A stretch of DNA of 32,942 nt, from positions 1 through 32,942 of the forward strand of contig KZ539129.1 of NCBI GenBank assembly GCA_000934665.2, read 5' to 3'. The notes under the pieces were generated by a model. That model was given only the letters and a program-made list of their open reading frames with translations. It searched no databases and had not been told where the DNA came from. Within the stretch, counting starts at the first letter, position 1, and the number at the start of each line of letters is the position of its first letter. Position numbers and translations under genes: made by a program. Source of the DNA: Catajapyx aquilonaris (taxonomy: Eukaryota). Shown here one piece after another: positions 22,223-32,942 of this stretch.

Positions 22223-22975
22223 TTACTTATATGACCGTGTTGAAAATACATACGGGGTAAGGCGTTTCTAAAAACTTTTAAAAACCCATACCGGTAAATA
22301 TTGAAATAATTAAATTGTGATTCAGATCATTTTGCATTATTTTCAGTCCTTCTAGTGAAATGGGGGAAATCCATAGGAAGAAATTGATACACATCACCGA
22401 CACCATTGAGAGTCATGTCCAGCCTTGACTGATGATGCGCGGTAGTCACCCTGTTTAGCATGAAATAAGTTTTCCAGTCCTTCAAAATATGCCATTTTTT
22501 CCCATGTGTCCAGGACACTACAGCTAAATATTTGGGATTTGATCTGTATGAATACACCCCCCTCCCCCCAGCTAAGGTGTTTCATAATGATTCAGATAAA
22601 CTATTAGTGACCTGCTGGGAACTAATAATAATAGATCATTTTATGCGGTGGTGTCATTTGGTCTCCCTTCAGCTCTATTACCAAGATAATGTGCGCCAAA
22701 CACAAAGAAAAGAAATATTCTGGCAGGTGTTATCGCTCAGTGCGATAATAGTTTAATTTAAAATGTACGTGTTACCATGATTTTAAATTTCACTGCCATA
22801 CCATTAGAAAGAAAAGGCAGTTGCCACGATAACGGAAGTTTCGAAGACTCTATCTAAAATTTAGGGCGTAATATATTGCACCTTTTGATTAATGATAATC
22901 ATCTCGCTAATGAGGTTTTGGAGACAGAATGACACCTGCATGTAAATTGATCATCTGTTGCCCAGGAATGTACTA

Positions 22976-23109
22976 TGGGGCTCAAATTGTTTTGGCCACT
23001 TCATCCTGGTCTTGAAGCAACCCTTCGCACAGGCCCCACGTTGAGCAGGTGTGTGTGTGAAGGGTTGGTTCAAGACCAGGATAAAGTGGCCAAAACAATT
23101 TGAGCCCCA
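22976..23109. mobile_element. Small TA-flanked hairpin MITE, 134 bp
   Basis: TA|TGGGGCTCAAATTGTTTTGGCCACTT...AAGTGGCCAAAACAATTTGAGCCCCA|TA, with ~55-bp near-perfect arms. Confidence 0.85.
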
Positions 23110-26100
23110 TATAGTACAGTATAGATATTCCTGACTCACAATGAAACCCTGTAATATGACTGTGACCTATTAGTGCCTTCTGTGCTTCCCCTTTGTGAGC
23201 GTCCAACGATGTAACGCACCACGAGACTTCTATTCTCATTTGCTTTTGTAGCATAATATTACTATATTAATTTTTGAAGTAATTGAAAAGATTTTTTTGT
23301 CTAATTTACCCCTCTCAAAATAACAGCTTTTTCAGCCGTTTCGCCCATTGTTAAGCGGCCCATTGTCGCTTGCAGTGTCAATGTCTCATCTATACCCACA
23401 CTATATTGACTCGTCATTTTAAGCTTCTCAGAAGGGGGAGATTGCAGGGAACAATTATTTATTGACAACCTACTTTTCCATGCCGATTAACAATCCCTGG
23501 GGGTACAAATTGGTCTCGGACAAGGCCCAGTAGACGTTGCCTGAATAGGAAAGAAGTTGAATACATTTGCGTGTGGGCCTGTGACTCCATAGCCTCATTA
23601 CTACCCCTCTAGTGTCAGACTGATTGGTCACAGGGATCAAGGATTGGTCACAATTCGTTTGTGAACTAAATAGGGCGTCAAGGGCTCCTCCCCATGTCCC
23701 AGGACCTAACTACCTCCAGGCAAAAGAGCATGAAATCGAGCATTGAGAAGAGTGTTCTCCCCCCCAAACCTACCCTAGCTCCAAGCCACCCCAACACACT
23801 TTCGCCTCCTGATTTTCGTGAGAAAACCGACGGGGACCGGGAAGGTCTTTTTGTTCACCATGTGCCCGAATCCAATTCAATTCGACATTGTTTGTTTTGC
23901 TATTAGAAATCGGTTTGCGGGGGCCATGTTTTTCCTCGATCTCGTCCAAAGTCAATTTTCCTCACGCAGATACTTGGGAGTAATTTATTGGACAGCAGCA
24001 ATTGTGATGGGCAGAAGTGATTCTTGAGATGTTGTTCAGAGTGTAACAATTCCATTAGCCTAGATGCATTTGTGACGCTGCCACATATTTTTTTACTTGC
24101 ACTGAAATAGAGATAGATGTGCCTATAGCTAAATTATAGTCGCTACTCATCATCCTAATTACCGAATTAGTGTATGCGGTATGTACCATGTATATTAGAA
24201 ATTAGTTAAAATGATTAGAAACTCAATGTTACATACTACTATTATGTACTATTACGAGCAAAATGATGGAGACAACTGGTTGTATAAGCTTGGTTTTTCT
24301 TTTAGGCGCGGAGGCAACTTTATTATAAAGCCACGATGTAGTATAACATGTCTTCAGGCGTGACTTTGGAGGTCCTACTCCAATATCTCCCAGAAAATTC
24401 CAGAGAATTTGATATTTCATTGCCTAGTCTTCTCCATTTTTTTTGCTCGAAATAGTACGTTGCTGCAGCAGAAGCAAAATTTTGACATATTTTGTGTCCA
24501 TCGAATTAGTAATAGTGTATGTAAATTTTTCAAATACGTGATTTTATTTTAAAATTACGCTGTTTGGTGACTCCATTTGAAATAAAATGGCTTAAAAAAG
24601 CATTCAGAGCTTTCATAAATGCATTTGTTTTACATAATAAAATTGTTGGCACCGGTATGTAACACGCGATATCATACTTACAAAAAAAAAAGATTTTACA
24701 TAAAATAAACTTCCAAAATGATACGCAAAATGTATGTAATACATTTATGATTATACAAATTCATAACTATTTAAACACTGCTGTAGTTGGCATTGCCAGC
24801 CTAATATTCAATCAATAGATACAATCATAGGCGATAGAGTTATGTAGTCTAACGTGATTTGCTCACTCGTTCCAACCGTATAATTATGCCAATGGAATGA
24901 CACTACAACCACAATGTTTAATACCACAGCAATTACACATTGTTGAAAAGCCAGTTTTACACAAACACTTGCTCATTTACTACAGAGGTACGTAACAATA
25001 TTTTGGCGCCCTATATTCTTCACTAACGTTTAGGTAAACAATTGCAAAATTTGAAACGCACTTTCCGAGCAGGATATATTGTTCTTCTAATTGCTCAAAT
25101 GCCCTTATGGGCAGTCATTGTTGCGCAACAATCATGCTGTACACCATAAAAACAACCATAAGCATGATCCCCCAACACCATCCCTTACCTTTCGGAATCT
25201 GTCTCCCGCCAGATGGCCCAGCAAGTGTTAGGTAGGTCACAAACAGGACAATTCAGGTAATCCACACCGAGTCACCAGAATCACCTGTCACCAACCGACT
25301 GTGTGGTGCTGCATGTCGCGTGTCTTCCCAACAGCCATCAGCTCTGGGAGGTGGTGGTACTGGGGGGGAATAAGGGACTGTGGAGGGGGGGATGGGTGGG
25401 GAGAACCATGCAAAGGGTAGTGCCTCTTTTCATCCGGAGCCATGGGGGAGCATCCGACCAATCCGGGCGACTTGCGTCCGGATCACGAATTGGGAGCACG
25501 AACCCCGACCTCCCCGGAGGAGAGGAGGAGAAAAAAAAAACGGGGAGAAAAATCCAGTTTTTGTCTCAGATGCGGAAAATCAAGTGAGAATTTTCCCTGG
25601 TGGCAACACCCAACTCTATTCCAGTCTAATCGAATTTTAGCGCTCCTTTTTATGTCCCTTTATACGATTTTGACCCGAATGTTGAGATCCTGTGGCGTTT
25701 TTAGGGTTTTAGATTGAAGATAATGTTATACAACCGTATCACTCGATGACTTATTACATAATTAATAACCGAAAATGTGACAGATAGTTTTTGCATGTCA
25801 AGTTTTCGTTTACTTTCCTCAAGGTTCTCAGATAGATACTTTGCTGAACTATTATTTTTCGTTGACTCATTTCTCATGAAATATTGTATGAGGATACTAT
25901 TATGATGTGATAAAAGGAACAATTGAATTATACGTATTTGCTTATATGATGTATTACTTATTTTCGTTTCGTTCGTATGTACAGTCAATCATAATCGAGA
26001 TCTAAACTGCGTTGTATGTGTCATATGTAGTTCATATACGTGTAGAAACATTTTGATTAGATCAAAGAAATCACTTCAAATTGGCATGGTTCAATTTGCA

Positions 26101-27706
26101 TATAATTCCTACTCTTGCATTATACGGTCTATAGGCAAAACCCTTATTGTTCTTTTGCAATGTATAAACGATGTGAACGATTAATATTTACACTGTCAAG
26201 TAAATTAATCATTAAACACTATCATCTCCGAAATACAGTATATAACGATAATAACAAGTTAACCACACTACATTCTAACCCTCGACCCTTTGGCAGTTTC
26301 GTGAAACCTATGAATTCATTCCATTACTGTTATTTTCAGGGAGTGATGTGCGTAAACAATAAGTTACAATCATTTGCAACTGAAATTTGATATGAAAATG
26401 TCTGATTTCAATTGCTGTCAAAGCCACAAATGAATACTACATTTTAATTGAATAAAACGCAAAATTATTGAGACCGTATTTTTTCCCCATCCAAGTTCAT
26501 GGGCCTCCGGAAATATTTCCAGCGACACAGGTTAAGAATCACCTATCTACGTAGATCGATTAATCAAGCAATATTATAGTCGAAAATGTATAACCGTATA
26601 GGCAAACAATGCACAGAGTACAGGAGAATGCCGTGCTGCATGCATCACCATTTCAAGATTTTAATCAAATGAGGAGTATTCCATTTATCATAATTACTTC
26701 AAAAGTTCAGAAAACCGAAACAAAGAATTGCCGACTTTTTTTTTCTTGACATACGGTATATCCAGAGGTATCACATAAAGCAATACCCACAATAATTACG
26801 CATTTCATGGCGCCATCCTTGATCTATACATGTGAGGATAGCATATAGCGTTGGCAATGAAATGCTGTAATATTATATCAAAATAAGCATAAGCACAGAA
26901 AGCAATGAAAATATGACAGCTACAAGGTACACTAAAATGTCATCATTTATCTAACTAATTTTTTCCTAGTATTCATTACAATTAATGTGCATGTAAATAA
27001 CGTAAATATTAATTTGAATGACACCAGGGCTCTATAACGCTGTATTACTCGTACTATAATATACAGTGGCATACTGTACAGAACATACGGCAAGTATTTT
27101 GTTCCTGTTTCCCAGAACCATATTTGCGGCATTGTGCAAACCATATTAGAGCAATCCCTGTCTCATTGTCGTCTAGACTCTACAATGTGCAGCTTTACTT
27201 CCTGTAGCAACTGTTTTGTTTCATTCCAAGTTCCAATTTGTTGCGGTCTGTGCCAGCCCTACAATAGGCTTCTCTAATTTACGACTCACCTTACTCTGCA
27301 CTAACCCAGTATATTAGAGAAAGCAGAAGCAACAACTCTATAATTATTATGTAATTAATTGCATCCTATTATTAAAAAATATAACGTTATGCTGCCCTTT
27401 AAACGCAATTAGCTTATCCCACAAGGATCCAGAAACTTAAAGAATTTTTAAAAGGCTCCAGCTATATTTCAGCACAATGCAGACTTGTCACCAGCGTTGA
27501 TTAACACCTCTAGAGCCAGAAAGGCCAAAAACCCATCCTATATATCCGTAAGACCCAAGTGGTGGGTGCAGAATAAAAAGAATGCAAATGAAACCCCGAT
27601 ACGCTTAGTTTGTGACGTGGCAAACCACCCCTCAGCTCATTAAAAGTCCGCAATCACATCAAATTATTTCCACTGGAACCACATCTCCCATCCCCCCCCC
27701 CCCCCC

Positions 27707-27876
27707 NNNNNNNNNNNNNNNNNNNNNNNNNNNNNNNNNNNNNNNNNNNNNNNNNNNNNNNNNNNNNNNNNNNNNNNNNNNNNNNNNNNNNNNNNNNNNN
27801 NNNNNNNNNNNNNNNNNNNNNNNNNNNNNNNNNNNNNNNNNNNNNNNNNNNNNNNNNNNNNNNNNNNNNNNNNNNN
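27707..27876. other. Assembly gap (170 N) flanked by poly-C and poly-G
   Basis: Run of N in the sequence. Confidence 0.99.
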
Positions 27877-30551
27877 GGGGGGGGGGGGGGGCAGAGGAGT
27901 ATGTGTAGGCCAATCCGGGCACAGGGAGAGGAGGACGTCGAGGACGGCGCCGGCGTCCCTGGACTACCCTTCGACCATTCCAGACGCCCAGGCATATAAT
28001 TTGGGTGGGGCTCGTTCAACTTCAAATTCCCTCATTTCGGAAGCATTCTTGGAGGTTTTGAATAACTGAGAGATGTGGGTGGTGGGTGGAATATAGGTTC
28101 ACACATGTAGGACTATGGTCTGATAGTTACATACATGTTGCTATTAGTTTGGTTATTGGAATCTCATTGATCCGTCTATAATACGTAACTTGCATGTACT
28201 GTATGTAATGCAATTCTAAAATAAAATTGTAAAAAAAAACTTATTTTTAGAGCTAAATGTGTGTGTGTGTGTGCGTGCAATATCATCAGTACTCGCCCAG
28301 CATCAGCTGAAGAAAAAGTCGAATTGTATTGAAATTATATATTATGTAGAGCGTGTTTCAAGTATTGGTGTCCTGTTATGGCTAATTCCGATCGAAGTTT
28401 TTATTTTTGTGTAGCTTTTTGGGTCCCGAATCAAATGACCCCAATTATTCCCAGGTAAGGTCGAATATAAGTAGCAGTTGCTACAACATTGGGCACCTCA
28501 ATCGTGGCGCAAGAAGCTACACAAAAATTACAACTTGGGGAAAAATTTGTCACGACTTAAAAGTTGGAACACATTTCGATTGCTACTTTTCTGTCGTAAG
28601 AATAATAATGGACCAGAGAAGAATTATAATACTCGTACACCCATATTAAATTATTACAATATGCAAAACTAAGGTAGCCCACCCGTGACCTAAACTACTT
28701 CCTCTAAACCTTTTTGGACAGGCCTTCGAAACCATATGAATTTCCCATTACCCGCAGTATAGGCCCTCTAATCTCTTACAAACAGCATGGAACATGTAGT
28801 AGCCTACTCACGTAATGCAACGACAACAGACTCTTTGGAATGAAGACCACCGTATACACTATACAGTATAGGAAACTTCCCGGTTGTGCGTATGCAAATC
28901 AGTTAAAAAGGCAGCGGCGCGTTAAGCAGAAATGAAACTTGCCTTAGGGCCTATAAGATTTTTAGGAAATATTTTTTAAACACTTACGTCATTGAAAAGG
29001 TCCGGATAATTACGATCCAAAATTATAAATTTTATATCAAAATAGGTTTTTCCTATTCATGATCATTATGACGGTACTGAAAAGGGATATAAGCAAAAAA
29101 CTTACTCAATATAATTTCTGCAATAAAGTGTAATTTGTGTACCATAGAAAGCACGACAAATTATCTATGGCGGCTATTTGGGCTCAAGGTATATATATAC
29201 GTGCCTTGTAGCACCTTTACTCGGGGTGTCAACTGCTGAAGGTGAATACTGACCTTGACTGATATGGAATGTTTTCACACGATCATCCACGGGAAAAAAA
29301 ACATATTGGGGTTAAGTACGGAGTCCTAGGAGGTTACGAAATATATTGTCTTACCTGTACCGATCTTCGTGCTTGGACTGGTAGAATTACGGTACTATTT
29401 TTTTTACTGTAATTACCATCTGGAACTGTCTTCCAACAAAATAGTGTACCATCGCCACCAATATACCGCATTGTCACTATATTAAATTAATAAGGACGAC
29501 GAATGGCAAATCCAGACCCTTTTTCAGTCCCCATTGCTGAAGTCAGTATCAATGTCTCTCTAATTATAAATATTTAGATTGTCAGTCACTTTAATAAAAT
29601 ATCTGACAATTTGATACTGTATTTTTGGTATTTTGTACTGATTCTGAACTAGCACTTGTCATTTTTCAAACGAATAGAACATTTTTGCACCTTCCACATA
29701 GCATCAAATTATGACGTGTCAATTTCATGTTGATTCAGTAAACATCCCTCATTGACCCCATCCGCAATCGTACGATCCCCCCTACCATAACCATCCTGCT
29801 AATATATCCAAGTGATGGGTGAGTACAAGCTTCCATCCAGGAAGGAAGGAAGGAAAGAAAAAGGAAACATTATCCGCAAGTCATTGATCGCATTTCCTCC
29901 TGGTTAGACGAAGGGGGACGAAAGGCCAAGGGGAAACTGGGGGCTAGGACCAGCTTAAATGGAGCTGACGACCTATTTCATTAGTGTGATTGAGTGTGGT
30001 TTGTTCAGTCCTACTCTTGGGGCTGCTTTGCGGCAACTCTCTACAGATTGGCCCTCCCTCAGGGCATACAATCCATTTTGTTTCACCCCCTATTAAACAA
30101 TATATTCGGTGTATTACAGCAGGTAAGGTAGCAAGTGTCGGATTATATGTCTGGCTAGTAGGATTAGATATGCAGAAAAGAAATTCAGGGGGAGCAGAGG
30201 GGGTTGGTGGCAAAAAAGGATGATCGGTTGGGGCAAATCCGCCACGCCATATGGCCACAAACGCCACCCGACCCATTCATGTTGCGTCCCATTCTGCGCC
30301 CAGGGGGGTGCCCATTGTTGCCCACGCTGCTGTATCCACGTATTGTTGGGCAGCATCCCCTTTTGGTGCGAAACAAAAGGCTCAGGTTCGATCTTGTGCT
30401 AGTACGTATGAGTTGTGGAACGGTGGGGTCCAAACCATATGTGAGTGTTCAGAGGAAGGATGGGACAGATATTTGGTGGTGCTGACACTTTTTGTACCAG
30501 GTATTGCGCGTCCAGAATAAAAAATAATTATGCCGGTGGAAACAGGCCTTC

Positions 30552-31134
30552 AAGACCTCCGTGGCGGAATGAAAGTACTGAAACAAGGCAGGCGAACGTA
30601 AGACCTTCACCAATATTGAATTAATCTGCACCATTGGTCTTATTCAAGCAATTCTGAAATTAATTCTCACAAGCATTCTTTCTGGAGACAGTTCATTGAA
30701 CAACTACATATCAGTGTGTTTTCTAAAATTAGGAACTTCAATATTGAGCATTGAATTTCTAAATGATTGGTGAGAATTTATTGTCGTGACACATTCATGC
30801 ACAATCATCGCCTCTTTTAGGTACTGATTTTAACTGTAATGTTTAATTTTTCACAATTGTGGTAAATTGGCGAATTTAGAGGGTCGTTTTCGATGAGATT
30901 CTGCATTTTCAAGAGTGAAATTTTCAAAGCCTGTGAGGGTGTTTTTTTTCTTCAAAATGAAACACCGCTTACAGCTATAATTTATAGTACAGCAGTACAA
31001 CTTTTTATGAGCCATTCTGCACAGTATACTTTGGAATTGCTTGAGTAAGACCTATGGTACAGCTTTAATCAATTGGTGAAGGTCTTATGTGCGCCTGCCT
31101 TGTTTCAGTACTTTCATTCCACCACGGAGGTCTT
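30552..31134. mobile_element. MITE with ~100-bp terminal inverted repeats, 583 bp
   Basis: AAGACCTCCGTGGCGGAATGAAAGTACTGAAACAAGGCAGGCG ... CGCCTGCCTTGTTTCAGTACTTTCATTCCACCACGGAGGTCTT. The arms continue imperfectly to about 30654 and 31034. Confidence 0.88.
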
Positions 31135-31747
31135 ACTACCCTTTTTTTTACTGAAGGGATGTTTTTGCTCTTATTTCAGTTCTTTTTTAAAAGTAATTAG
31201 TACCACGGTGTCTCGCAGAGCAGTGAACTTGGTTTGATGGAGCCAAAGAATCTCGCAANAAAAAAAAAAAAAAACTTAACTAGGTGCCCCGCGCCAGCTC
31301 CCATACGTATATTTGGGGGCAATTTTTGTGTCGATTGAACCAATTTTGCGGCCGTATGGCCACAGAAATGTAGGCAATGTCGAATCCTCCTTTGCTGCAT
31401 GCATAAACAAATTTGTTGGGGTTGTCGCCAGGGGCGATAATTGTCGCAGGATGGATACGAGGCTCGAGGCTAGTCGCTAAGGTTCAACTGTTGCGCTTGG
31501 CAACGGGACGGGGATTGTTGGAGAGAGGGCAACAATTGCTTTCTATTGTTGTACAACCATTCCATAGGCTCACTTCGACAGCTAGATCCATCTGATTTAC
31601 AGTATTTTTGCTACTGCGCCATCTTAATGGCAGAATGGTGCGGATGTGAAAATATATTTTCAAAGATCTGCCTAGAACACAATATCAGTTAGGGCTAATA
31701 AAAAAGTCCCAAGATGTAGGAAAAATTAATTGTTAAAAAAGGTACAC

Positions 31748-31843
31748 GTGGCTGCCACAGCAGGAAGTAAACAAGTCATTGTTGAAAAATTGTTGGACAT
31801 TGTCTAAAACAATGACTTGCTTACTTCCTGCTGTGGCAGCCGC
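31748..31843. repeat. Hairpin with 34-bp arms and 24-nt loop
   Basis: GGCTGCCACAGCAGGAAGTAAACAAGTCATTGTT (31750-31783) versus 31808-31841, one mismatch. Confidence 0.85.
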
Positions 31844-32942
31844 TGAGTTTAGCAACGTGCTTTACGGTCTTACTTAGGGGCTACACTCCCCATAAATGAA
31901 GTTTAGTGAGGTGACTGAACTCGACTGCAGCTACGATGTGCAGTGGCCATACTGACCCTCCTGCTGGAAGTGTGAGGTTTTGAACACAGATCCACACCGT
32001 CCTGTTTCACATTCGGGCAATTCCACGTGAACGCGGCCACCTTTTGCACGAAAAAATTTGCCCGTCGATGAGTGTGAGATATGTTTGAGTCCATGTCAAG
32101 TTATGACCTTTCCCATAAGGATTTGGTCCGCCGATGCGTGGTTGCCTATCTACAGGCGCTAATTGCACTTGGATCACAGTTAGAGGCGCCCCCCTATTAC
32201 ATTTACATGGCAACGTAAATGCATGATGTAATACATGTTTCATGTGTGAAATTGTCTCCTCTTTCCGACAAAAATAGTCGCTTTCCGATAGCTGTGCAAA
32301 TTCATGTCAAAATGCGACATTTTTGCAAACAAATGACATTTTCAAAAAAGTGCCAAAATCAAATGCCATCGCATTGATATCAAAATGCACCTTGAAGTGT
32401 CCTCTATCAGTGGTACAAACGGAATTTTGGAATACGAAATGGTTCCGGAGCTATAGGTACTGACGTGGAGCGCTGCGCTAGTGGCCACGCCGCTGAATGA
32501 AAATGAGCGGCCCACCTAGGTCCGTCTTCATGTCTCAGGTAGTGTACGCTTGTCCTTTGTGTTTAATTCACTTAAGAGCGCGCTCTAGGCTACGCTATTC
32601 ATTGTTGCGGGTAGCCCGTCGCGGGTCGGCCCGTGAGTTTGACACTTCTTCATCTCGCTGTCACGGCCGCAAATATGGAGGTATCGGCATGAAACTGGAG
32701 TATATGGACGCGAAAGAGTTGCACTTGGAGATGGTGCGCTTATTTTTCTCCTGGGGCGATATTTGCGGCCGCCGCGGCCAGGTACAGTTTTTATTTTGAC
32801 CCGCAATTACTCCTTTTTATGTCGGTACCAGTGAAATTCAAGAGCGTCACGAGGTTTTTACGGCGAATTACCGTAAGTGTGTGAAAGGGCACGAGTGTGG
32901 CAGTCTTGGTTTGGCCAAACTTTGGGATCGAAAATACCCCCC

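Noticed and set aside
27612..28025. ORFs spanning poly-P/poly-G
   Set aside because: They are artefacts of the N gap and flanking homopolymers.

Overview
AT-rich animal (non-prokaryotic) genomic DNA, most likely an invertebrate (inference from the bHLH sequence and the repeat landscape). It holds one credible protein-coding gene: an intronless-CDS Beta3/BHLHE22-Oli family bHLH transcription factor on the minus strand (19566-20513 from the first ATG), sitting in about 32 kb of gene desert. The rest is dense with small mobile elements: about ten inverted-repeat MITEs (Tc1/mariner-like with TA, pogo/Tigger-like, Kolobok-like with TTAA, unclassified palindromic ones), a complete non-autonomous Helitron, three tRNA-derived SINEs (two V-domain-like), Tc1/mariner transposase relics, (AAT)n microsatellites and an assembly gap. 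The most unusual items are (i) a tRNA-like cloverleaf with a 4-nt anticodon loop, flanked by a sequence complementary to the circularised junction of an adjacent 45-bp segment; (ii) a roughly 260-bp-arm foldback element in the probable 3' UTR of the bHLH gene; and (iii) two copies of a palindromic element that differ by a block replaced symmetrically in both arms. No CRISPR, operon or prokaryotic system is present, and nearly all other ORFs in the track look spurious.
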